28,428 nucleotides of DNA from an uncultured Pirellulaceae bacterium. GTDB lineage: Bacteria > Planctomycetota > Planctomycetia > Pirellulales > Pirellulaceae. Each line of letters starts with the position of its first letter. The stretch's first letter is position 1. The translations under genes and the position numbers were made by a program. The stretch covers positions 1 through 28,428 of the forward strand of contig CAZXJC010000471.1 in the NCBI GenBank assembly GCA_964640885.1. Direction: 5' to 3'. Positions 1 to 9,200 of the stretch are shown here, in pieces. The notes under the pieces are model-generated. The model was not told the origin of the DNA. It made no database searches and saw nothing but the letters and a program-made list of their open reading frames with translations.

Positions 1-1
1 C

Positions 2-610
2 CTGTATTCCGCTGCGGGAGCAAAAGTAACGGTGGTTGATATTAGTTCCGCTATGCTGGAATTGGATCGACGGGTAGCAGCGGAGCGCGGTTTACAGGTG
101 CGGACAGTGGAAGCTTCCATGGATCAATTAACGGCTTTCAATAAGGCTGAATTCGATATTGTCGTTCAACCAGTGAGTACCTGTTATGTTCCCAAGATCG
201 AGATTGTCTACCAGCAAGTCGCTCGTGTAATGAGGATCGGTGGCATTTACATCAGTCAGCACAAACAGCCTGGCAGCTTGCAAGCCGATATCAAGGTATC
301 CCAACACGGATACGAATTAACAGAACCTTACTATCGCAACAATCCTCTTCCCAATGTTAAGGATAGCCGACATCGTGAAGATGGGACTTTGGAGTATCTG
401 CATCGGTGGGAGGAACTGGTGGGCCACTTGTGTCGCAGTGGCTTTGTCTTGGAAGACCTGGTGGAACCATTGCATGCCGATCCAGACGCTGAAGCGGGCA
501 GTTTTGATCACCGCAGCTGTTATGTACCTCCTTATGTGCGATTTAAAGCCAGGAGAATTGCTGGTGCAGGGCAAAACGAGAGTGACACTAAACAGATCGT
601 TGTTCCTTGA
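2..610 (+). CDS. Class I SAM-dependent methyltransferase, 5'-truncated by the window edge
   Basis: Frame is open from nt 2 (LYSAAGAKVTVVDISSAML). This matches the post-motif-I strand and acidic motif II (VVDIS), followed by FDIVV (motif III/IV region) and RVMRIGGIYI. The start lies upstream of the window. Confidence 0.8.
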   Translation: MYSAAGAKVTVVDISSAMLELDRRVAAERGLQVRTVEASMDQLTAFNKAEFDIVVQPVSTCYVPKIEIVYQQVARVMRIGGIYISQHKQPGSLQADIKVSQHGYELTEPYYRNNPLPNVKDSRHREDGTLEYLHRWEELVGHLCRSGFVLEDLVEPLHADPDAEAGSFDHRSCYVPPYVRFKARRIAGAGQNESDTKQIVVP

Positions 611-728
611 TTTTTCTAGCACCGTTGCAATCTCGGAGACCCTGTTTCACAATAGACGTTCCAGTTAGCTGCCGTTTGGCCGACCACGGTCTGGTGTTAC
701 CGGTGTTTGTTGAAAAGAGATTATTGAC

Positions 729-1577
729 GTGCCTGATTCATCTATCCAGGATCTTGTTTGTTGCATGGGCCAGCCGGTCGCAGGAAACCCCACTCAATTC
801 ATGATGGAACGTGCGTTTACCGCAGCCCAACTGGATTGGCGATACCTGACGTGTGAAGTCCCACCTGAAAACCTGCAAGCCGCTGTGCTAGGAATGCGAG
901 CGATGGGATTTCGAGGTGGCAATTTTACGATACCACATAAAGTTGCCGTGATTCAGCACTTGGATGGGTTGAGCGAGTCCGCTGAGCTGATGGGTGCAGT
1001 CAATTGCGTCAACTGTGACGGGGATCGTTTGATCGGTGAAAATACTGATGGAAAAGGATTTGTGCGGTCACTGCAAGAGATCACCAGTCCAGCCGAGAAA
1101 CGTGTCGTTATTTTTGGAGCCGGTGGTGCTGCCCGGGCCATCGCTGTTGAATTGGGGCTTAGTGAAGTTTCCGAGATCACAATTGTAAATCGTACACAAG
1201 AACGCGGACAGGAACTGGTCACCCTGTTAAACCAGCGAGTTGGCGTGAAAGCTAACTACGCTCCCTGGGCTGGAGATTACCAGGTAGATGAAAAAGTTGA
1301 CCTGGTGATTAACGCTACGTCGATTGGGCTCGGGGATCCTGATGCTCGCGTGCCTGTCGATGCTGATTCATTGCAGGGTGATATGGTGGTTGCTGATGTA
1401 GTTTTCAATCCTCCGCAAACGGTGTTCTTGCAAGAAGCTGCCAGGCAAGGCTGTACGGTACTCGATGGCCTCGGAATGCTCGTCAACCAGGGGGTTATTG
1501 GTTTCCAGATCTGGACTGGTATCGAACCTAGTGCAACTGTTATGCGAGAGGCACTGGAAGAATACCTGGAGCTGTAG
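729..1577 (+). CDS. aroE: Shikimate dehydrogenase family protein (AroE-like)
   Basis: Motifs GGNFTIPHK (catalytic Lys), GAVNCV, NTDGKG (catalytic Asp), GAGGAARA (Rossmann), NRT, NATSIG and DGLGMLVNQG. GTG start. Substrate-site substitutions are described under findings. Confidence 0.85.
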   Translation: MPDSSIQDLVCCMGQPVAGNPTQFMMERAFTAAQLDWRYLTCEVPPENLQAAVLGMRAMGFRGGNFTIPHKVAVIQHLDGLSESAELMGAVNCVNCDGDRLIGENTDGKGFVRSLQEITSPAEKRVVIFGAGGAARAIAVELGLSEVSEITIVNRTQERGQELVTLLNQRVGVKANYAPWAGDYQVDEKVDLVINATSIGLGDPDARVPVDADSLQGDMVVADVVFNPPQTVFLQEAARQGCTVLDGLGMLVNQGVIGFQIWTGIEPSATVMREALEEYLEL

Positions 1578-1590
1578 TCAACAGTTAGGG

Positions 1591-2673
1591 TTAATGAATT
1601 GCCGGTTGTTGCTGGGTCAGACAATGGATGGTACCCAGTCCCCAGACCAGCTTGCTTGCTGGCAGGCCAACGACTTCCCGCTCTGGAAAACAGGTTTGTA
1701 AGATCTCTCGAGCCAGCTGATCATGTGGATCATCAAATTGTGGAACAATGATGCCGCCGTTGGCGATGAAGAAATTGCAGTAACTGGCAGGTAAACGCTG
1801 CCCCTCATGCTTAATCGGTTTCGGTAGCGGTAGCGGGACCACTTCCAGTTTTTGACCAGCCACCTCGCCACTCTGCTTTAGCACTTCCAGGTTGTCGACT
1901 AATGGTTGAAAGCAAGGATCCTGTGGATCCTCACAAGTAGCTGCCACGACCGTTGATGAATTAACAAAACGAACGAGTTGATCAATATGTCCGTCCGTGT
2001 CGTCTCCCACTAAACCCTTGCCATTGAGCCAGATGAACTGGTCTGCTGACAAATGATCTAGCAAGACTTGTTCGGCCATCGACCGTGTCCAGCCTGGATT
2101 GCGGTTTGGATTGAGCAGGCAGCTTTCCGTGATGATTACGGTTCCAGCTCCATTGCCTTCGATCGCGCCACCTTCTAATACCATGGCGGGGAGAAATTGC
2201 TCAGCGTCAAGCTCCGAGAGGATTTTTCCGGTAGCTTGCTGATCAAGTTCAAAGGGAGGATATTTACCACCCCAGGCGTTGTAAGGCCAGTCGATCCCGG
2301 CCAGTTGGCTGGCTGATCCATCAGAGCCGTTTTTTACCAGGAACGTTGGACCAAAATCCCGGATCCAGGCATCATTGGTGGCAACGTCATGCCAGTGTAA
2401 CTGGTGAGGAGTTGAAGTGATCAGCGGTTGCAGTTGGTCTCTTGCCTGGCGGGCGATCACGGGTTCGGAAGCCAGCAAGTGAACCGGTTCCCACTGCAAC
2501 AGTGTTGCAATGAGTTGCTGGAAAACTGCCGGGATGTGGGTGAATTCACCTGGCCACGTTTGCTCGTTGTGAGGCCAGGCAATCCATGTACCAGCGTGTG
2601 GTTCCCATTCAGCAGGCCAGCGATAGCCAAGCTGGCGGGGAGTCAGATCCTTGCTAGAACTATCAGAAGTCAT
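1591..2673 (-). CDS. aguA: Agmatine deiminase family protein (PAD/AguA)
   Basis: Motifs PAEWEPH, NDAWIRDFGP, LEGG, DDTDGHID, ASYCNF and C-terminal GTIHCLTQQQP with the catalytic Cys. The start overlaps the upstream aguB stop (ATGA, 2670-2673). Confidence 0.92.
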   Translation of the reverse strand: MTSDSSSKDLTPRQLGYRWPAEWEPHAGTWIAWPHNEQTWPGEFTHIPAVFQQLIATLLQWEPVHLLASEPVIARQARDQLQPLITSTPHQLHWHDVATNDAWIRDFGPTFLVKNGSDGSASQLAGIDWPYNAWGGKYPPFELDQQATGKILSELDAEQFLPAMVLEGGAIEGNGAGTVIITESCLLNPNRNPGWTRSMAEQVLLDHLSADQFIWLNGKGLVGDDTDGHIDQLVRFVNSSTVVAATCEDPQDPCFQPLVDNLEVLKQSGEVAGQKLEVVPLPLPKPIKHEGQRLPASYCNFFIANGGIIVPQFDDPHDQLAREILQTCFPEREVVGLPASKLVWGLGTIHCLTQQQPAIH

Positions 2674-3572
2674 GTTTCCGAGTCATCCAGGAATCTCTGT
2701 TTGAGGCCATCATAGGCATCGATGCGGCGGTCGCGAAGAAAAGGCCAATGCGTTCTGACGGTATCAATTTGATCGAGATGACAAGTTGCCAAGATGATTT
2801 CTTCCTGGTCGTGGCTGGCCCGTGTCATTACGGTTCCGTTGGGATCTGCTACAAACGAAGCCCCCCAGAATTCCAGTTCCCCTTCCATTCCAACTCGGTT
2901 GGGGGTTGCCACATAAACCCCATTGGCAATTGCGTGACTGCGCATCATTGTTTCCCAGGCGGTCCACTGGGTGTCGCCGAAGGATTCTTTTTCTTCGGGC
3001 AGCCAGCCAATGGCTGTGGGAAAGAAGAGTATTTCTGCTCCTGACAGAGCCGTTAACCGGGCTGCTTCCGGGAACCACTGGTCCCAGCAAATGCAGACAC
3101 CCAGTTTTCCGTAACGCGTGGTAAACGTGCGAAAGCCAAGGTCTCCTGGGGTGAAATAGAATTTCTCGTAGTACTGTGGGTCATCCGGAATGTGCATCTT
3201 GCGATAACTTCCCAACAGGCTGCCATCCGCATCAATGACGACTGCCGTGTTGTGATACACGCCTGCCGCTCGCCGTTCGAACAGCGGGGCAATAATGACA
3301 ACTTCGTGTTCGCGGGCTGTTTTGCCGAGTTGTTCGGTGATTGGACCGGGGATTGATTCTGCCAGGTCAAACTGGCGGTGATCCTCTTCCTGGCAAGGAT
3401 ATAAACAATGAAACAGCTCCTGCAGACAAATTACTTGCGCACCACCCTGAGCGGCTTCTTCAATGCGGCAGAGTGCCTTGGTGAAATTCTCTTCCGTGGA
3501 ATTACCACATGTCATCTGGATCAGCGCGATGGTGGTCTGGCGAAAAGAATTGGTGTCCGGTTGCGTCATCAT
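2670..3572 (-). CDS. aguB: N-carbamoylputrescine amidase (carbon-nitrogen hydrolase family)
   Basis: Nitrilase-family Glu-Lys-Cys triad motifs LQELF, YRKMHIPDDP and ICWDQWFPEAAR. Translationally coupled to the agmatine deiminase, the established agmatine-to-putrescine gene pair. Confidence 0.9.
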   Translation of the reverse strand: MMTQPDTNSFRQTTIALIQMTCGNSTEENFTKALCRIEEAAQGGAQVICLQELFHCLYPCQEEDHRQFDLAESIPGPITEQLGKTAREHEVVIIAPLFERRAAGVYHNTAVVIDADGSLLGSYRKMHIPDDPQYYEKFYFTPGDLGFRTFTTRYGKLGVCICWDQWFPEAARLTALSGAEILFFPTAIGWLPEEKESFGDTQWTAWETMMRSHAIANGVYVATPNRVGMEGELEFWGASFVADPNGTVMTRASHDQEEIILATCHLDQIDTVRTHWPFLRDRRIDAYDGLKQRFLDDSET

Positions 3573-3691
3573 GAAGCGAGGAACTCATTAAACAAGGAAT
3601 TCATGGTCTCATTGATTAAGAAGCGGCTGGCTCAATAATCAGGTGGGTCTGCACAATTGACCCTCGCCTTGTTGATGTTACCCTATGGCAC

Positions 3692-4393
3692 ATGGACACG
3701 TCACCACCAGGATTGTTTATCGTTGGCACCGACACCGAAGTGGGTAAAACCTATGTTACGGCGCAGATCGCGCAGCAGCTGCTGGCCACGGGAAAACGTG
3801 TAGGAGTCTACAAACCAGTAGCGAGCGGTTGCTGGCGAGAAAATGGTCAGTACAGATCCCCTGATGCTGAATCTCTTTGGGAAGCAGCAGGAAAACCGGC
3901 TGATTTACCGGCTGTCTGCCCACAGCAATTTGAGGCACCGCTGGCCCCTCCGGAAGCGGCTCGTGCCGAAGGCCGAACGGTTGATGAAAAACTGCTGCGC
4001 AGCGGATTGGAGCACTGGAGGAAATCCAGTGATATCGTGCTGGATGAAGGAGTTGGCGGACTTATGTCACCGTTGAGCGACGAGGAATTTGTTGCCGACT
4101 TGGCTTATGAGTTTGGCTTTCCTGTTGTAGTCGTCGTGCCAAATCAGCTGGGAGTTATTAATCAAACGTTGCAAACGTTGATTACGGCGGTTACGTTCCG
4201 TGATGGAATTCACGTGGCCGGCATTATCTTGAATCACTGTCGGTCACCGGAATCAACGGATATCAGCCGGGAGACGAATCGGCAAGCTATCAGTCGGCAT
4301 GCCGTCCCACCCGTACTGGCTGAAGTCGCCTGGCAGGGCAGTTTTGATGCACCAGTAGACTGGTGGACAGTTGCAACTTCGGCAGCTGAGTGA
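3692..4393 (+). CDS. bioD: Dethiobiotin synthase
   Basis: P-loop GTDTEVGKT, YKPVASG, EGVGG, LGVINQT and GIILN motifs; length 233 aa. Confidence 0.9.
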   Translation: MDTSPPGLFIVGTDTEVGKTYVTAQIAQQLLATGKRVGVYKPVASGCWRENGQYRSPDAESLWEAAGKPADLPAVCPQQFEAPLAPPEAARAEGRTVDEKLLRSGLEHWRKSSDIVLDEGVGGLMSPLSDEEFVADLAYEFGFPVVVVVPNQLGVINQTLQTLITAVTFRDGIHVAGIILNHCRSPESTDISRETNRQAISRHAVPPVLAEVAWQGSFDAPVDWWTVATSAAE

Positions 4394-4403
4394 GTCGGCA
4401 GCG

Positions 4404-5912
4404 TTAATCGGCCATGATTGCTTGGCCGGCCAGGCGACCACTTGTCAGTGCCCAGGCAATGTGCAGCCCATGGCTCCACAAGATAATACCTCCGGAACCG
4501 TTTTGCCCGGCAGCATAGAGACCGGGAACAGGTTGATCGTTGGCATCCAGCACTTGCAATTGTTGATTGACGGCGGCCCCACCCTCAGTGGTTGTAAAGT
4601 ACGCCTTGACCGGACCCAACAAGAGCCAGGGGCCTTCTTCCAGCAGAAATCGATCACCGTTGCGCCCATGCGGATCTGGCTGGTCTTCTTGAATGTAGCG
4701 ATTGAAATCCGCTACGGTTTTGGCAAGTGAGTCAGCAGGGATGTCCCGCTGTTGTGCGAGTTGATCAAGCTGATTAGCTCGTGAGGTTACATCGGCCCGT
4801 AACCGCTGGTAATCGGAGACATAGGCGTAAGCAATGTCAGGGGCGGTGGAAATAAAGTGAGGCCAGGCCGAGTAACGCTTGATCAAACGTCCATCCAGGA
4901 GAATGTAAGCTATTTTGTTTTCTTGAGCTGCCACGGCAAGTTCCCGTTGCGGCCATTCCGTTTCGTTGACAAAGCGGTTTCCTTGTTGGTTTACAAGTAT
5001 TGCACCATCGTCAAACAACTGGTTTTCCGGGTGTTGCCAGGTCACCAGCAGACGTTTGATAAAGCGTCGTAAACACCACTGTGGCAGTCGCCGAGCTACC
5101 ATACCGAGTAATCGAGCTCCCAGTCCGGCAGTGGGTAACCATTGTTGAAAAGGGTTTCTGCTACTTGTGACAAATCGCAGCTCGGGGCCATACGTGACGT
5201 CCATATTGACCAGCTTAGCTCCGGCCTGTGCTGCCAATTGGTGGCCTTCACCAGTGGCATGTGGATTGATCCCTTCGATTTGGCTAAAGGTTGGCCCTTT
5301 GTGACGGCCAATTAGCTCACCGCTACTGGAATAGTCTCCGGCAGCCAGGATGACACCGCGACGTGCGTTAAATGTCTTTTCGACGTTATCGATTTCTGCC
5401 ACCACTCCCACAACTCGCCCCTGATCAAAGAGCAATTCCTTTACCTGGGCCCCACACACTTGCTGAGAAGTTGTTTTTTGCAAGGCCAGCTGAAAGGCAG
5501 CAATGTAAGCCTTGGCACCGGGGACCACGTTATGCATCCGCGGGACGCGATTGGGTGGTTCCGGATGAGGTCCTACAAAGGACAAGCCCAGGCCCTGGAG
5601 CCAGTGTAAAGTATCGGCCGCCTGGTTGAGAAAGAAGGTGCGTAACGCATGATTGTTGCGGGCTTCAATGTCTGGTTCTGCAAATTGAGCAACGTCTTCG
5701 GCATGTTGCTGAAAGTGATCGTCGATACCAGCCTGGTGTTGGAGACGTGTTCCCGCTGCGGTAAAGGAGCCGACAGCGATACCAGTTGTGCCGCCGAGTT
5801 GAGGACGTTTCTCGAGGACCAATACGCGGCCACCCTGGTCGGCTGCTGAAAGTGCAGCGGCCAACCCGCTACCCCCGCCGCCAACCACGATAACATCCCA
5901 GTTCGTTTCCAT
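4404..5912 (-). CDS. FAD-dependent oxidoreductase of the fumarate reductase flavoprotein / KstD / TcuA superfamily, substrate unknown
   Basis: N-terminal dinucleotide motif VVGGGGSGLAAA...EK..LGG, LAAGD, VNQQGNRFVNE, TTTEGG and PGLYAAG. Starts 7 nt after the glnE stop on the same strand. Confidence 0.85.
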   Translation of the reverse strand: METNWDVIVVGGGGSGLAAALSAADQGGRVLVLEKRPQLGGTTGIAVGSFTAAGTRLQHQAGIDDHFQQHAEDVAQFAEPDIEARNNHALRTFFLNQAADTLHWLQGLGLSFVGPHPEPPNRVPRMHNVVPGAKAYIAAFQLALQKTTSQQVCGAQVKELLFDQGRVVGVVAEIDNVEKTFNARRGVILAAGDYSSSGELIGRHKGPTFSQIEGINPHATGEGHQLAAQAGAKLVNMDVTYGPELRFVTSSRNPFQQWLPTAGLGARLLGMVARRLPQWCLRRFIKRLLVTWQHPENQLFDDGAILVNQQGNRFVNETEWPQRELAVAAQENKIAYILLDGRLIKRYSAWPHFISTAPDIAYAYVSDYQRLRADVTSRANQLDQLAQQRDIPADSLAKTVADFNRYIQEDQPDPHGRNGDRFLLEEGPWLLLGPVKAYFTTTEGGAAVNQQLQVLDANDQPVPGLYAAGQNGSGGIILWSHGLHIAWALTSGRLAGQAIMAD

Positions 5913-5919
5913 CGATTGA

Positions 5920-8900
5920 TCAACTAGTCAGTTGTTTTTGAAAAATGCGTTCAAACCGTTGCCTGTTTTCTTGACGAAAGTGCCGACACTTTTCTACGAG
6001 TTCTGTGGGCTCTGGGGCGCCCAGTAGAAAGGCAAGCTTACAGAGTTCCAGGGGATCGTCGGGAAGATCGTGTCGGGCGGTGGTATTCATCAACCGCAAC
6101 CCCGACTCGACGCTCCGGAGGAAAACGTAGGACTCGTGAAGCATTGTTGCGTCCTGCTCGTCTAAACAGCCTGTCTTGCGAAGTTCAGCAATGGCATCCA
6201 GGGTTCCTGGTACCAGCACCTCGTTGAACTCGTGGGCATGACGTAGTTGTAGCATTTGAACGACGAATTCAATATCGATCGTACCGCCGAATCCTCGTTT
6301 GAGATTTTGCTCGGAAGCCGTTTGTTCGAGATGCTCCCTCATTTGCCGAATTTCCTCGGCCCGCCTGCTTTTCCACGGCTTGTCTAAAATTATTCGTTGA
6401 ACGGTCGTCTGGGTGGCCAACTGAGCAGTTGCCGAACCATAGATCGTCCTTGCTTTGCAGAGTGCCTGGCGTTCCCAAAGTTGACCGGGTCCCTCTTTGA
6501 AATAACGTTCGAATCCCTCTAAAGAGACTGCCAGGGGTCCGTTTTTCCCGGTAGGGCGCAAGCGGGGGTCGAGTTCGTAGAGTCGGCCGTAAGGTCCGAG
6601 CTGGTTCACAACACGGATAATTCGTTGTCCCAGTTCGCTGAAGAAATGTTGATTAGTAGTGGCATTAACCGGTCTACCAGGTTCGGTTGCGACGGTGTTA
6701 CCCTCTGCTTCGTAGAGGAAGACAACGTCCAGGTCACTGTGGTAATTGGGTTCTTGCCCGCCCAGTTTTCCCATTGCCAGGATCACCAGTGAAGCGGGTT
6801 CACCTTGATGCGGTCCACTGACAATCGTCGGCTGTCCGAACTTGCGGATTAGCCGCTGCAATTGCTGGTTAGTGATCTCCTGAAGACAGACTTCTGCCAA
6901 GTTGGAGAGACAACCATGCGTGGACCGGAGGCTTTCCTTGCTTAGGATGTCTCGCACACCGACCCGCAAGTGCTGAGAGTTTTTGAAACTGTGCAGAATG
7001 GGTTCATGATCTTCAGCACCACGACATAAATCAGTTAATGTTGCTTCCAGGGACTCCAGAGAAGGAAGCTTGTCCAACACCATTGAGTCCATTAACTCAT
7101 CGATCATTCCGGGATTACTGGTCAAGAGCCCAGATAAATAAGGACTACAGGCACAAAGCCGTACGTACAAGCGTAGTGATGGAGGGTTAAAACTGAAAAG
7201 TTCCCACAACACTCCCTTGCCTCCCAGCGAGTCACTCACCTGGTTTAGGTTAACCAGTGTTGAATCGGGATCAGGCGTGACTGAAATAGCCTGGAGTAAC
7301 CGCTGCCCAATCGAAGCCAGGAAATGGTGGCAACGACGTGATGACAGAAAGGGAAGTTTTTCTTCGGCCAGCGCCATCAAGTTGCGATAGGCAGTTTCCT
7401 GGTCTCGAAAGCCATAGGGAGTCAGTACGGATTCAATAGTTTCGGCGCTCGGGTTGGGGTCCAGGATTAAGTCGACTTCTGGCGCCGTATCTTCTACGTC
7501 ACGGAAAGCATCGTTTAGCAGGTGGTCGAGGATTTTCCGATTTAATTCGGTAGCCTGCTTAAGATCTTCTCGGAAGGCCGTTAGCGCTGTTCGTTCGGCG
7601 TTTCCCTGGTAGCCAAGCCGTATTGCCAGACGATGGGTTTCCTGGTCGTTGTCCGGCAAGGTGTGAGTTTGTAAGTCAAACATGATCTGCAGACGATGTT
7701 CGATTTTTCTCAGGAAAGCATAATTCTCTTCCAGCAGGGTCCGTTCCTGCATGGTCAGACAGCCACTGGACTCTAATTGCTCGATCGCCTGCAAGGTGTT
7801 GCTTTCTCGGACCTCTGGAAGCGCGCTGCCGTTGAGCAGTTGGAGGAATTGAATGACAAATTCGATGTCACGAATTCCTCCTAGCCCTGTTTTTACGTTT
7901 AGTTCATCGCCACCCTGTTTCTCGCTGCGCTTTTCGATGCGACGTTTTAACGCTTTGATCTCAGTAATGTCTGCGCGACTCAAATAGCGGCGATAAATCC
8001 AGGGCTCCAACTGGTTTAAAAAACGTTCACCGAGTGCGAGGTCTCCCGCAACCGGTCGTGCCTTGACGAAGGCCTGCTGTTCCCAAGTCCGCCCGGAAAC
8101 GTCGTAATAACGTAGAGCTGCTGCCAGTGAGAGAACTGCTGCACCTTGTTCCCCGTTGGGCCGCAATCGCAAATCGACACGGTAAACCGATCCGATTTCA
8201 CTTGATTCGGTCAACAGTCTCACAGTGTTTCGAGCCAACCGCTGAAAAAACTCTTCATTCGAGAGGGATCGTTCTCCGTCGGTTTTCCCTTTGCCTTCGT
8301 ATAGAAAAATTAAATCAATGTCAGATGAATAATTTAATTCGCTGCCACCAAGTTTACCTAAGGCCAGGACTACGAATTGAGCCGGAGCACCATCCGCATC
8401 TCGTGGGACGCCTCGTTTTTGTTCAAGCTTACGTCGCGCAACCTGGGTGGCCGCTTCGCAAATGGCATCTGCCAGGAACGAGATCTGGCGAGTTACCGTA
8501 TTGACGTGTTGCTGGCGGACAATGTCACCGTAAGCAATTCGCAAGGTCTCTCGATCCTTGTAACGACGCAGGGCGGTCACGACGTCCACGTTCTTCGTTA
8601 GCGTTGAGATTTCACTGCTGATCTCCTTGACTAACACTTCCCTGGCGACAGGCTGGCCGTCAGTTAGTCGCAACAAGTCATAGCTTTCGGGATCGCGAAT
8701 CAGTAAGTCAGTTAAATGCTGGCTGGTAGAAAAAATTTGCAACAAAGTTGGTAAAGCCTGCAGGTCGCGTTCCCAGAGAGTACCGAGAGATATGGCGTTG
8801 CGGGCTGCGGAAATAAAACGGTCCAGGTTATTGAGGGCCATATCAGGATGGCTAGTTTGCGGCAGATGCTCAATGAGCTGATCCGCTAACTGAGCTACCA

Positions 8901-9039
8901 GGTCAAGAGTCATACCGCTATCGGCTATCGTTACCAGGTTTTGGTGAGCTTGCGGCAGGTTTTCCAGGCCCAGGGAGCGCAGCCAGACTGCAGCAGTTTC
9001 GGAGTTGTCCAGATAGCGGACCAGCTGCTCAATATCCAT
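5920..9039 (-). CDS. glnE: Bifunctional glutamine synthetase adenylyltransferase / adenylyl-removing enzyme
   Basis: Two nucleotidyltransferase domains, each with an intact motif (GKLGGSELNYSSDIDL; GKLGGQEPNYHSDLDV), plus VDLRLRP / LDPRLRP and GGIRDIEF / GGTIDIEF; 1039 aa. Confidence 0.95.
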   Translation of the reverse strand: MDIEQLVRYLDNSETAAVWLRSLGLENLPQAHQNLVTIADSGMTLDLVAQLADQLIEHLPQTSHPDMALNNLDRFISAARNAISLGTLWERDLQALPTLLQIFSTSQHLTDLLIRDPESYDLLRLTDGQPVAREVLVKEISSEISTLTKNVDVVTALRRYKDRETLRIAYGDIVRQQHVNTVTRQISFLADAICEAATQVARRKLEQKRGVPRDADGAPAQFVVLALGKLGGSELNYSSDIDLIFLYEGKGKTDGERSLSNEEFFQRLARNTVRLLTESSEIGSVYRVDLRLRPNGEQGAAVLSLAAALRYYDVSGRTWEQQAFVKARPVAGDLALGERFLNQLEPWIYRRYLSRADITEIKALKRRIEKRSEKQGGDELNVKTGLGGIRDIEFVIQFLQLLNGSALPEVRESNTLQAIEQLESSGCLTMQERTLLEENYAFLRKIEHRLQIMFDLQTHTLPDNDQETHRLAIRLGYQGNAERTALTAFREDLKQATELNRKILDHLLNDAFRDVEDTAPEVDLILDPNPSAETIESVLTPYGFRDQETAYRNLMALAEEKLPFLSSRRCHHFLASIGQRLLQAISVTPDPDSTLVNLNQVSDSLGGKGVLWELFSFNPPSLRLYVRLCACSPYLSGLLTSNPGMIDELMDSMVLDKLPSLESLEATLTDLCRGAEDHEPILHSFKNSQHLRVGVRDILSKESLRSTHGCLSNLAEVCLQEITNQQLQRLIRKFGQPTIVSGPHQGEPASLVILAMGKLGGQEPNYHSDLDVVFLYEAEGNTVATEPGRPVNATTNQHFFSELGQRIIRVVNQLGPYGRLYELDPRLRPTGKNGPLAVSLEGFERYFKEGPGQLWERQALCKARTIYGSATAQLATQTTVQRIILDKPWKSRRAEEIRQMREHLEQTASEQNLKRGFGGTIDIEFVVQMLQLRHAHEFNEVLVPGTLDAIAELRKTGCLDEQDATMLHESYVFLRSVESGLRLMNTTARHDLPDDPLELCKLAFLLGAPEPTELVEKCRHFRQENRQRFERIFQKQLTS

Positions 9040-9122
9040 GATATGTCTTTAAGAACTTAATAGCGCAAGCTGAAGGAGACTATTGCCATGATACTCTAAG
9101 CGACCAGCCCCTTGCAGGGCGC

Positions 9123-9154
9123 AAAAAAACCTCCGGAGAATTCTCCGGAGGTTT
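9123..9154 (-). terminator. Rho-independent terminator of the sigma factor gene
   Basis: Perfect 28-bp palindrome AAACCTCCGGAGAATTCTCCGGAGGTTT (9127-9154). On the minus strand the GC-rich stem is followed directly by T7 (9129-9123), about 45 nt past the sigma gene stop. Confidence 0.82.
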
Positions 9155-9200
9155 GCTAGTTTTTTACCCAATTTGTCCTGTAGGCCTGACCGTGAGGCCA

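Noticed and set aside
1591-3572. aguB-aguA pair as a novel pathway
   Set aside because: This is the well-established agmatine-to-putrescine route with canonical catalytic residues.
4030-4062. BioD motif reads VLDEGVGG rather than the usual hydrophobic-E-G
   Set aside because: The metal-binding Glu and the GG are intact; a single substitution or base-call difference (GAT vs GTT) is not enough to claim altered function.
5920-9039. Possible degenerate domain in GlnE
   Set aside because: Both nucleotidyltransferase motifs retain the GKLGG and DxD residues; this is ordinary architecture.
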